From: a virus
DNA length: 64,000 nucleotides
Strand: one strand, 5' to 3'
Virus record (IMG/VR): IMGVR_UViG_3300017971_000250
Location: 20,920-84,919 of that record
Below the pieces are notes generated by a model. That model did not search any database. It was given only the letters and a program-made list of their open reading frames with translations, and was not told where the DNA came from. A program made the position numbers and the translations under genes. Shown here piece by piece: positions 45,524 to 55,300 of this stretch (position 1 is the first letter of the stretch; every line of letters begins with the position of its first letter).

Positions 45524-45856
45524 CTACTCGCTCCCGGATCGACGCCCCTTCCGCGTCCGCACTCGCGGCCTTGTTGGGGGTTCCGCTTCCGGTGCGTGTT
45601 CCTTCGCCTCGTCTACCGCAACGGGCTCCTCCTTCTTGGATTCCTCCGCGACGGGTTTCACCTTCGGCGTCGGCTTCGGCCGCACCAGCAACAGCGCGAA
45701 AACGTCAGGGCGATGCGCCTCGATCCAGCGATATTCGTCCTCGGTGATCGACTTCATGCTTCGGGGCAGAAGATGAAGCGCTCCAGGAGCGCCGCGCTCG
45801 CCCGTGATGCCGTCGACCATCGTGTGGCTCGTACCGCGAAACTCGACGTCGATCAT
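45524..45856 (-). CDS. Hypothetical protein
   Basis: ATGA coupling to the upstream gene. Confidence 0.6.
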   Translation of the reverse strand: MIDVEFRGTSHTMVDGITGERGAPGALHLLPRSMKSITEDEYRWIEAHRPDVFALLLVRPKPTPKVKPVAEESKKEEPVAVDEAKEHAPEAEPPTRPRVRTRKGRRSGSE

Positions 45857-46305
45857 CGCTTGCCGCCCTTCTTCCCGCTACGAGATGAGGATTTCTTGGA
45901 GGCCCGTCCAGTCTCCTTCTCCGCCTTCGGGGGAGCCGAAGGTGCTGGCGGGGCTGTAGGCTCTGCTGACTCGGGCTCAGCAGCCGGGTCTGCAGGATCC
46001 TCCTCCTCGACGATGTCGCCGTCCTCTTCCTCGTCAAGGCCCGCTCCAGCCGGAGGAACTGCACCGGCCTTTGCGACCTCTTCTTCAGGCTTCGATTCCT
46101 TCGACGCTTTCGGAGCCGTGGGTGCCGCCGCCGCGCTCTCGTTCTCGTCAAGGTACTCGATACGGATCAGGCTCTTGGGGCTGCTCTCAAAAAGAGCTAG
46201 CTCATCGCCCCTCATAATGACGGGCCGTCCCTTGACCAGTTGTCGCATCGAACCGTGAACCGAGAACGTCGCGCTTCCAATCAGCGTCACTCGTGCTCGC
46301 TTCAT
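45853..46305 (-). CDS. Hypothetical protein (acidic then basic tail)
   Basis: RBS GAGGGAG; follows the capsid gene. Confidence 0.65.
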   Translation of the reverse strand: MKRARVTLIGSATFSVHGSMRQLVKGRPVIMRGDELALFESSPKSLIRIEYLDENESAAAAPTAPKASKESKPEEEVAKAGAVPPAGAGLDEEEDGDIVEEEDPADPAAEPESAEPTAPPAPSAPPKAEKETGRASKKSSSRSGKKGGKR

Positions 46306-46374
46306 GTTATCTCCCTCGGTAGAGGCGCGCGGTCAAGCCGCGCGCCTACCACTCATCGACCTCGACGCGCTCGC

Positions 46375-47592
46375 CTAGACGGCGGTCTCGCCGAAGTTTT
46401 TGCCGAAGACCAGCGCGGTCAATTCCTCGAAGTCGCAAGCGATCTTCGTGGTGATCGCATACTGGTTGACGCCCTTGAAAATGTCCCTGTCCTTCTCGAT
46501 ACGGATCTCGCGACCGATACCGACGATCAGGTTCATAAAGTGCGTCAGCACGACCTGCGGCTGCGCGGAGTAGGTGATCTTGACGGTGTCACCATCACCG
46601 AGCGAGCCGCCAGCGTTTCGAGCAATCGTTCCGTTCGTGTAGTCCATGTCGTAGTCGGTGCCCTCGACCAGCGGCGTGCGCGGGGTATCCCCGGTCAGCG
46701 TATCGCCGGTCATGTCGAACACGACCTCGGACGCGGAAACGATCGGAGCGAAGAGGCACGAAACCGCCGTGGTCGTAGGCAGCACGAGGTGCTCCGTGAT
46801 CTTCGGGTTGAAAGGCCAGAGCGGGAACGGAGCCATCTCAAGTCCGTAAGGGGTCAGCGGCGAGCGGGAACTCAGAGCCGCATCACCAGCCGCCGTCGCA
46901 CGAGAGGCGGTCCGCTCGCGGAAGAGTTGCTCCAGATCAGGAGCCAGCAGCATCCGCAGCTTCGAGTAGTCACGACGGAACTTCTGCGGCATCGCACGAA
47001 TCATTCCGGAGACCGTGGAGGGTCCGATATTCGCGCCAGCCGCGTTGTAGACGTTCCCGGAACGTGCCTTCTTGAGCCAGCCGTCGAAAAGCTGCAGGTA
47101 GGTGTCGAGGACGTACTGTGTAGCCGATCCGCCGTCGATGATATCGCCCTGCAGAGAAGCCCGACCGAGCGTATCGCCGTTGACGTACAACTCCTCCATG
47201 TCGTTCGCAAGCTGAGCCGCCATCATGCGGATGATCGTGTCCTCGACGTCGTCGCCTTCGATGTTCTCTTCGCGGAACTCGTCTCCGATCTCGAAGGGCA
47301 CCACGATCGTCTTCGGGGTCAGCGTCACCTTGGAGGTCGTGACGCCGCGCCGACCGGACGGAGCGACCGCCTCGGTCTTGGGCATCGCCACACGCTTCCC
47401 GACGCCGATCTTGTCAATCTCCCAGTCCGTCTTGATACGCACGATGCGCGCGTTGTTCTTGAGGCCCGAGAGATCGACGACGTAGTCGATGAACTTTTCC
47501 GCCTGCTGCGGATTGAGCCGACCGGCCAATGCGATCGCATCGGCCGTCACGACCGCTTTGCGGACCAGCTCCTCATTTGAGACCTTTGCCAT
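46375..47592 (-). CDS. Major capsid protein (HK97 fold)
   Basis: GRLNPQQAEKFID, EENIEG, ANDMEELYVNGD, DGWLK, NLIVGIGREIRIE. Confidence 0.92.
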   Translation of the reverse strand: MAKVSNEELVRKAVVTADAIALAGRLNPQQAEKFIDYVVDLSGLKNNARIVRIKTDWEIDKIGVGKRVAMPKTEAVAPSGRRGVTTSKVTLTPKTIVVPFEIGDEFREENIEGDDVEDTIIRMMAAQLANDMEELYVNGDTLGRASLQGDIIDGGSATQYVLDTYLQLFDGWLKKARSGNVYNAAGANIGPSTVSGMIRAMPQKFRRDYSKLRMLLAPDLEQLFRERTASRATAAGDAALSSRSPLTPYGLEMAPFPLWPFNPKITEHLVLPTTTAVSCLFAPIVSASEVVFDMTGDTLTGDTPRTPLVEGTDYDMDYTNGTIARNAGGSLGDGDTVKITYSAQPQVVLTHFMNLIVGIGREIRIEKDRDIFKGVNQYAITTKIACDFEELTALVFGKNFGETAV

Positions 47593-47666
47593 CGTCGCCT
47601 TCCTCCTGTTTGGTCGATTCCCAACGCCACCGGGGAAGTTACAGAACAGCGTCCCCTAGCAGGACG

Positions 47667-48566
47667 CTAGAGAACGCCTCCCCAAAACTTCCCTTCGTCG
47701 GGCGAACCGTCGGTGCCGTCGGTCTTCTTGACCTTGCTGACGCCGGTCGCGCCCTCTACATCTTCCATCCGCTTCTGCAGACCCGCGAGCGCCTCTTTCA
47801 AGTCGCTCAACAGCTTGCCGTCGCCTGCATCGCCGTTCGATCCCGTAAGCTCCGCGAACCCGTCCGGGTCGAGGTCCTTGTAGAGACCGAGGAACGCTTC
47901 GGCCGCCTTGCGCATCTGATCACGACGGGTGTTGGTAAAGCCCTTGACGCCCTTCGTGGTCTTCTTGCCCTTGCCCTTCGCGCCCTTCTCGTCCTCGTCC
48001 TCTTCCTCGTCTTCCTCGTCCTCGTCCTGCTTGCGGCCGCGCGCCTTGTCCTTCTCTTCCTCGGCCTCGTCGTCCTTCGGCTTTTTGGCCTTCGCCTTCT
48101 TGTCGTCCTCGTCCTCGTCGTCCTCGTCGGCCTTCGCACCACGTGCCTTCTCCGCGCCACCTTCGCCGTCGGCGTTCAGGAGCGCACTCAGCATCTGTGC
48201 GAGCTTTGACATTGGACCACGCAGCGAGGCGGGGAGCCCGGCCGATTTCTTCTCATCGTCCTTCGACTTCCCCGCCTTCTCCGCATCCCGCTGATCGCCA
48301 TCGTCGCCTTCGTTCCCGAGTCCGTAGACGGACAGCGCATCGGTCAAACTCTTGATCGCCTCGACGACCTCTGCGGAGTCCGTAACCGGAGCCCCGGCAG
48401 CCTCGGGATTGTCCACAACTGTGGTCTTCCCCATCTCTTCGCCCTCCTTGTCTTGCCGCTTCACAACGGCAAACGGTCTCCTGTTTGCGGGATTATCCAC
48501 GAGGCTCACCTCATCGACCCGCAGCGTCGTCAGTCTCTGCTTTGCACCCTGATCAGTTTTGGCCAT
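47667..48566 (-). CDS. Scaffolding protein
   Basis: N-terminal VDEVSLVDNPAN, highly charged body, C-terminal FWGGVL; between protease and capsid genes. Confidence 0.75.
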   Translation of the reverse strand: MAKTDQGAKQRLTTLRVDEVSLVDNPANRRPFAVVKRQDKEGEEMGKTTVVDNPEAAGAPVTDSAEVVEAIKSLTDALSVYGLGNEGDDGDQRDAEKAGKSKDDEKKSAGLPASLRGPMSKLAQMLSALLNADGEGGAEKARGAKADEDDEDEDDKKAKAKKPKDDEAEEEKDKARGRKQDEDEEDEEEDEDEKGAKGKGKKTTKGVKGFTNTRRDQMRKAAEAFLGLYKDLDPDGFAELTGSNGDAGDGKLLSDLKEALAGLQKRMEDVEGATGVSKVKKTDGTDGSPDEGKFWGGVL

Positions 48567-48590
48567 AGCAGTGATCTCCGTCTCGCCAAA

Positions 48591-48620
48591 AGGCTATCGC
48601 CTGATCAGAACCCGTGTCAA
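48591..48620 (-). promoter_or_regulatory. Candidate promoter for scaffold/capsid
   Basis: TTGACA-N18-TAGCCT, followed by TTTG. Confidence 0.5.
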
Positions 48621-51517
48621 TCACGCAATCGTTGAGCGCGCGCGACACCGCCAATACTGAACCCGTTGATTTCTCCGGCCTTGACCTTTTCCCAGGCCGC
48701 GTCGTCGTTCACGCGCTGCGACATCATCCAGGAGCCCTTCTTCACTTGCTGACTCCCGAACTTTGCTTCCTCGCGCGTCACCCACGACTCGACCAGGTCC
48801 AGATCACGACCGAACTCCTTGTGCATATAGCCGGTGCGCGTCCGGTGATTGTAGTCTGCGAGATACCTGTAGGCCGCCTCTTTCACGACCTCCGCCGAGT
48901 AGATATCGCCTTGTGCATCAACCGTTTCCGGCTGGAGCACAACGCCCGTCACGACCCGCTCCGGGGGTTTGCCGTTCCCCGGGCTGCGGACCTCCGCCTT
49001 CACGATCGGACAGTAGAACGTCTTGATGACCTCGACCGTTTCGGCGACCTCCGCGAGCGCCTTCGAAGCAAGCTCCTGGTCCTCGGGGCGCTCGATCGTC
49101 CAGCCATCCGCCGCGCGCTTGACGAGGTAGCGCCCACGGATCCCGTCGCCCTCGAACCAGAACTCCCGCTCGTCCTCGGTCTGGACGCCCGCCCACCATT
49201 TGAACGACTTACGCACCCGGAACCGGGACCAGGAATCCTCGGTCGACCCCGGCCGTCCGGGCGGGAACGCCTGCGCCGTGCGCTTGCCGACGTCCAGCCA
49301 GGCCAGGTGCCCGCGCGTGACGTCGGCGCTCTTCGAAAGCTCCGCAGGCTCCTGATCGGCGTCTTTCAGGTGCGCCGCGACGTGGCTCCAGACGCCCTGC
49401 CGCTCTGCAGCCGGGATGGTCGTGCCTCCCCGGCCGCCATTCAGGATGGCGATCGACGATGAGCACGCCTTCAGGTTCGCCGCGCCCACCTTGCCATCAG
49501 GACCGACCTCGTGGTGGATGAACTTGTAGGCGGCCTTTTTCTCGGGGTCTCCATCCGGATCGACCCAGGCAAACGCGCCGCGATAGTAGTCAGCGGTGCC
49601 GTCGTTCTTGAGACGTGCCTTCGCTCCCGGCCCGTCCCACGGCTTGTCGGACGTCGCCGTGTGGTGTATCGGCAACGCACGCTTGGTGATCACGGCGGGC
49701 GGCTGCAGATTCATCGGAACCGGATCCGTCATGGGACCGGAAAATGCGTTCTCCTGATACTGGTCGCCAGGGGTCAGCACCTCGCCGCCCTGCCAGTGAT
49801 CGTCCCCCTTGCGGACTAGCCGCAGGTCGGTATGGATATCGAGCGCGTCCAGGCCCCCGCCGTCTTCCGCTTTCTGAACGGGCTCCCATCCGAGCGCGTT
49901 CGCCTCCTTCGCCTGGTCCTCGACGAGGCCCCGCTCGTGCGTCTGCAGGATCCCGTAGCCGTGCTCGCCCTCCTGGAAATCGAATCCCCCGAGCCGCTTA
50001 GCCGCCGCCGCTTCGAGCGCCTCGTCCTGCTTATCGAAGACCGCGACCAGAACGTCCTCGCCCCGGCCACCCGGGGAGGTGGTGAGGTGGAACCGCTTGG
50101 TGAAGCAGCCGTCGACGCCCGCCTTGCCGAGCCAGTCGACGAACTCCTCCATGCTAGACCACGCCTTGACCTGCGTCGTATCGCGGCCGGGCGCGCTGCC
50201 ATTGCTGAGGTGGACGAGGTGGACCGCGCGCTGCTTCGCTACCCGGAGCGATTCGGCGATCGCCTTCTCCGCCCGGGGGACGTGGCCGAGCAGGTCGATC
50301 GAGAACGCGGTGTCGAACGCGCCGTCGGCGAATGATAGGTCGGTCGCATCCTCGCGCACGACCTGGAGTCCCTTGGCGACCGCCTTCTCAACCGCATAGC
50401 TGGACAGGTCCACGCCCTGCACCTTCGCCCCCGAGGCCGTCAGGAGCCCGAGCCCGCGTCCGGGACCGCAGCCGACTTCCAGTATCTCCTGCCCTTCGAG
50501 GTGCTTGGCGACCTCCGTGAAGAGCGCCGCGTAGTCGACGTCCGCTTCCTCCCGGCCCTCGAAGTAGTGCTCGTCGAAGACGTCGCCCGCAGGCTCGATC
50601 GATTTCACCCGCTGGATCGCGCCGCCGCTGAACGTGACGAGCGTCGGCGCGTCGTCCATCTCGATAATTTCCCAGTCCGAATCCTCGATCGCCTCTGCTG
50701 ACTTCCTGGAGAGCTTGTAGTTTGTCAAGATGAGCGTGGTCAGCGCCTTAGAGCCGCCGACCCGCGCGGCCGGATGCCGACGCGGCCGGATGATCATCTT
50801 GTGCGTCCCCGAGGTGTCGAGCGCTCCCTTCGCGCCGTAGGTCACCAGCCAGTGTCCCTTGAGCCCCTGGAGAACCTTTCGGAACCGCGCGACGTCGAAG
50901 TCGCTCTCACCGACGCGATGGTTGTAGTTGTCATAAGGCGGGTCCAGGTAATGAAATGCGTGGGAGCCGTCGTACTTCTGGAGCGTCTTTGCATAGTCCT
51001 GGTGGTAGATGTTGACGCCCTTCAGGCGGGGCCGCGCGCGCGCAACGTGCTGGCCGATGCCGACCGCCTCGTTGTCCTCGCCCTCTAGATAGGTCCCCTT
51101 CCCGCGAGCGATCGAGAGGCGGCGGAGGTAAAGCTCCTTGTAGAGCCGCTGCAGCTTGTCCTTGGGATCCGAGCCCTTCAGCTTCAGGAACGTCGACCGG
51201 CGCGCGCGCCAGTCGAAGGCCATGAACTTTTCCAGATCCGCGTCGGTCATATCCCGGACCGTGATGTAGCACTCGGGCACGTCGGGATTGAGGTCGCTGA
51301 GCGCCTCGGTCTTGACCTTCGGCTTCATAAAGAAACAGGCCGCCCCGCCCATGAACGCCTCGGTGTAGGTGCTGTGGTTGGCATCGAACATGGGGATCAG
51401 CACCTTGGTCAGTCTGATCTTGCCAGCCGGAGACGGATAGAAGGGGCTCGGCTTTCCGAACTTGCTCTCTTCGACGCGGGTTTCCTCGCCCTTTTCAGGC
51501 GCGGCTGTCTTTCCCAT
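48617..51517 (-). CDS. Polyprotein: Dam-like adenine MTase, class I SAM MTase, LigD-phosphoesterase-like domain, XkdF-type prohead protease
   Basis: AGKIRL/EAFMGG/DLN/YLDPPY; LEVGCGPG/GVDLS/DATDLSFADGAFD; LQTH...HTDLRL; VTGVVLQPE.VDAQGD...MH...ESW...GSW...WEKVKAGEINGFSIGG. Confidence 0.85.
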   Translation of the reverse strand: MGKTAAPEKGEETRVEESKFGKPSPFYPSPAGKIRLTKVLIPMFDANHSTYTEAFMGGAACFFMKPKVKTEALSDLNPDVPECYITVRDMTDADLEKFMAFDWRARRSTFLKLKGSDPKDKLQRLYKELYLRRLSIARGKGTYLEGEDNEAVGIGQHVARARPRLKGVNIYHQDYAKTLQKYDGSHAFHYLDPPYDNYNHRVGESDFDVARFRKVLQGLKGHWLVTYGAKGALDTSGTHKMIIRPRRHPAARVGGSKALTTLILTNYKLSRKSAEAIEDSDWEIIEMDDAPTLVTFSGGAIQRVKSIEPAGDVFDEHYFEGREEADVDYAALFTEVAKHLEGQEILEVGCGPGRGLGLLTASGAKVQGVDLSSYAVEKAVAKGLQVVREDATDLSFADGAFDTAFSIDLLGHVPRAEKAIAESLRVAKQRAVHLVHLSNGSAPGRDTTQVKAWSSMEEFVDWLGKAGVDGCFTKRFHLTTSPGGRGEDVLVAVFDKQDEALEAAAAKRLGGFDFQEGEHGYGILQTHERGLVEDQAKEANALGWEPVQKAEDGGGLDALDIHTDLRLVRKGDDHWQGGEVLTPGDQYQENAFSGPMTDPVPMNLQPPAVITKRALPIHHTATSDKPWDGPGAKARLKNDGTADYYRGAFAWVDPDGDPEKKAAYKFIHHEVGPDGKVGAANLKACSSSIAILNGGRGGTTIPAAERQGVWSHVAAHLKDADQEPAELSKSADVTRGHLAWLDVGKRTAQAFPPGRPGSTEDSWSRFRVRKSFKWWAGVQTEDEREFWFEGDGIRGRYLVKRAADGWTIERPEDQELASKALAEVAETVEVIKTFYCPIVKAEVRSPGNGKPPERVVTGVVLQPETVDAQGDIYSAEVVKEAAYRYLADYNHRTRTGYMHKEFGRDLDLVESWVTREEAKFGSQQVKKGSWMMSQRVNDDAAWEKVKAGEINGFSIGGVARAQRLRD

Positions 51518-51556
51518 TTCTGCCTCCTGATCGCGACGGACGCCCTACCCGACAAA

Positions 51557-51586
51557 ATCGTATCAGGCGGACAGCACCCGGCGCAA
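51557..51586 (-). promoter_or_regulatory. Candidate promoter for the polyprotein gene
   Basis: TTGCGC-N18-TACGAT, followed by TTTG. Confidence 0.45.
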
Positions 51587-52357
51587 TTACTCCTCTTCGT
51601 GCAGCGCCGCGCTCTTCACCGCCAGCCCCAGGGCGACGGTCGCTGCGTGCTCTAGCGTGCGCGCTCGTACCAACTCCGGCCGCGAGCACGAGATCGTGTA
51701 GCCATTCGATCCTTCGTCCCACAGATACTCCATGATTGAATTCGCCGTCTGGCCGCCGCTATCGAGCGACTCGCCGAGACCGGCGTTCTCGTCGTCCTCC
51801 ATATACTCGAAACCAAGCGCGGCGGAAAACAGGATCTCCCTGCCGTCGGTAACGTAGACGCCTGTCAACGTCCAGGACTGATCGCTACGCTCGCGCGTGT
51901 ATCTTCGAGAGAACCGGAACTCGCGCTTCGGCTGCGCCTTCGGAGCTTTCGCCCTCGGCTGCCTGACCAACACCTCTGCGGTGCGCTCTAGCGCCACTTT
52001 CGTCATGCCACGCTCCTCGGCGGTGAGCCACTCGCCGAGACCGCGCCGCTCGGAAGAGGCGATTCGGCGCACCCGGATGCGCATTGCCGCGACGCCATCC
52101 GCCTCGGGTCCCTGTAGCTCCAAGGCTCCGTCCTTGACGCGTTCCACGTCGTGCGCCTCGAAGGTGTGGACGCCATCCTGAAAGGGTGCGGCCCATGCTA
52201 CCCGGCCACCCGAAACGAAGACCGCATCCGCGATCACCGTCCAGACCACGTCGCCGACGGGCTCGCCGTCTTCGTCGATGTCGATCGGCGAGATAGCGAC
52301 GCCCTTATCGGCCGCCAGCCAGGTTTTGATTTCCGAGAACGCGTCCGAGAGCTTCAT
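51587..52357 (-). CDS. Hypothetical protein (candidate MuF immunity partner)
   Basis: Starts 7 bp after the MuF stop. Confidence 0.6.
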   Translation of the reverse strand: MKLSDAFSEIKTWLAADKGVAISPIDIDEDGEPVGDVVWTVIADAVFVSGGRVAWAAPFQDGVHTFEAHDVERVKDGALELQGPEADGVAAMRIRVRRIASSERRGLGEWLTAEERGMTKVALERTAEVLVRQPRAKAPKAQPKREFRFSRRYTRERSDQSWTLTGVYVTDGREILFSAALGFEYMEDDENAGLGESLDSGGQTANSIMEYLWDEGSNGYTISCSRPELVRARTLEHAATVALGLAVKSAALHEEE

Positions 52358-52364
52358 CCTAGCC

Positions 52365-55300
52365 TCACTCGAAAAGCGGTCGACCGACGATCGTGATCGC
52401 TTGCTCGATCTTGCGGTCGCCGAGCTTCTTGATTCCGTGCTTGCGCAGGACTGCTAGAACTTCCTGCTTCTCCTGTAGATTCGGAACAACGACCGATTCC
52501 AACGCATCGCTAAAGTCGACGAAGTTGCGGACCGTCGTTTCGTTGCCATAATTGTCCGCGCTAGCCGCCCAATCCCGCGCGTTGAAAAGACGGGTGTTGC
52601 GCGCCCGCGTTTTCATTGAGCCATACCGATCACCCTCATAACTGAAGGTCGTGGTCTTGCGCATCGTTTTCCGGGGATTGAGAACGTAGCTGTTCCCCAT
52701 GTCGCCGACACTATTGGCCCCGTAACCCGTCCCCTTTTTGATCTTTCTGATGCGGGTGAAGACGTTGACGGCTCCACCTGACGCGCGGTCAGCAGTCGGA
52801 GACATACCGGCGATTCCGATCCCCGCGCGGATCTTCTCTTCGGTGGCGATCAGGCCCTCGGTGCCGCTGAGGATCTTATCGAGCGACTCCGAGATCCTCT
52901 TACTCGTCCCGGTGATCGTGTGGACGAGCTTATGGCTTTGATAGAACTCCTCTTCTGCCTGCGTGACGGGAGCCTCCCAATAGGCGCGGCCAAACTTCGT
53001 CCCATGATCGAACTTCGGCACCGAACTAAACCCGCGCTCCTTGGTGAGCGGGACATTGTTCTCGCTCAGCAGGTCGCGTAGCTTCTTCTTCTGCGTGGCG
53101 GGTGTGAGCGTCTCTCTGACCTTTGCAGCCCGCTTGCCGAGACCCTTGTTCTCCGCTACCAGCCGCAAGTAGAGCAGGTCGATGTCGTCCGCCGTCGCGA
53201 TCTGTGAATTGAGCCCGAGCGACTTTAGCTCGCCGAGCATCGCTTTGACCTCGGTGATCGTGACGTCGGCCGCTCCCTTCGCCTTCGGTAGCCGCATCAC
53301 AAACTGCCCGGAGGCGGAGAAGTGGTTCTTCGTATTCTCGGCGATGAATGGGGTGTACTCGATCTCGATTCCGCTCGGCGTCTTGATCTCCCAGGTCATT
53401 GCCGCGCGGCGCAGCGATGAGCTTGTCTCCCCCGTCCATTCGATCTCGCGCGTGGTGAAATTGAACTCTCGCCTGCGAACGGGCATCTCCCGAAACCGAC
53501 GCACGGAGTATCCTCGCGGCGGGTCCTGCATGACCTTTTCGAGCTTCCGCATCGACCCCTGGCGGAGCTTGCCCTCCATGAGGAAGCCCTCGCCCTTCAC
53601 CTGATAGGCGAGAAGCTGCATCTCCTCGAAGTCGCTACCGCCGACCATGACCGCCTTGCCCGCCCACTTCGACTCGATGATCTCCCTCACAAGCACGTCG
53701 TCTAGCTGCTGGACGGCTCCCGGAGGCATGGACACCTCGGGGGCAGCAATCGAAACGGTTGGTGCCTTGGGGACGGGCGGATGAAGCTTCTTTTCGAGCA
53801 CCTTGTAGAACTTCTCGGCTTCCTTCCGAAGGGCTCGCTTGCGCGCGGCCGCCTGCGCGATGAACTCGTCGGCGCTCAAGTCCTTCATCCAGAACTGCCC
53901 CGAGAAGCCCATCCGAACCGCGCCCTCCTTGTAGGCTTTCTCGGCAGCGAGAGCATAGGGCCGGATGATGTTGGCGAATGCCTCGTCGGACATATCATCG
54001 ACGGCTTTGAGGAACCCCTGAATTCGTCTGTGATTGATTTCTGCTAGCTGGACAGCGTCACCTTTGATCGCCGATTGAAACATCGTGTGATAGTAGGTCG
54101 ACGACGGGTTCGGAGTGCCGGACGCTCCGTAGCCGAGCGTCAGCTTGTCCTTCCCGAAGAATCGGAACGTCTGCCCCTTATCGATAAAGACCGTGTGGCC
54201 GTTGGTGAGTTTGATGAGGTTGCCCGAATGTGTGTCGTGCTGACTGATCAGCCAGTCGAAGAGGTGCTGCCGCTGAATGATTGAGCATTCGGTTGCCGAG
54301 AGCGAGCTAGGAGCGATGCTCCCGTAGTCGCTGACGACGTTGGTGTACATCTTTTGAATCGAGCCGACCTTGCCGCCGAGCCGCGTCATGTAGACGTCCG
54401 GAGTCTCCAGCCCGAGCGCCTTCGCCATATCAGCAGCCAGCACATCGCCGCGCGCCCTGAACTCCGACTGCGGTTTGAAGAGCCAGCGCGTCCCGTCGGG
54501 GGCTTCATAGACCGACTTCGAATGCATCCCGTCGAGTCCCTGGCGGCCGAGGTCCTTCATCTGGCTCTCTTCGAAGGGGAACGCGTCAGGCGGCCGGTCA
54601 GGCGGGGGCTTGATCGGTTGCGGCTTCGGAGGGGGCGGCGGCTTCTTGGGGAGCGGAGCGGATAGCGGCTGCCCCGCGACCGGAGGCTTCGGCGGAATCG
54701 TTACCGGGGGCTCGGCGGGCTTCGCGGGTTCCGGCGCGTCCGGGATTTCCTCGTAAGGCTTGAACGTCGCGTCCTCGGCGATATCGATGTCGCACCGGCA
54801 GCGGAAGTGATAGGTCGGCAGGCAGTGACCCGTTTTGGCGAGCGCCTGCGCCTTGTGAGGTGCGACGCGGCCGGTGTCCTTCGACGTCGTGAGTGAGTCC
54901 TTGTTGATTTGTTTCAGGCGGGACCACGGCTGGATCAGCTTGACACTGTTCGGTTCGCTCGCCCCCTGTAGCTCGGTGACCTGCGTGTCGGCCTGCTGGA
55001 GCGTGAAGACCTTTTTGTCCATGAACCCGCAGACCTCGCAGGTCCGCTCGTCCTGCGCCGCGATCACTTCGATCAGGCTCGCCCCGACCTCTTTGTACTC
55101 CTGGACCTTTCCCGCGATCCGCGCGGTCGTCGTCGCGTTCGCGGCAACGCCCTCGAAGTATTGAATCGGCGAGCCGTTCCACTTCCCGGGGATCCCGAAG
55201 GTCCCCGCCGTCCCGAACGGCTGCTTTGGGTCGTACCCGAACTCCGCCTTCAGTGATGCCTCTAGAGCCTTCGCCGCCTCCCGACGACTGAGGCCCTGCT

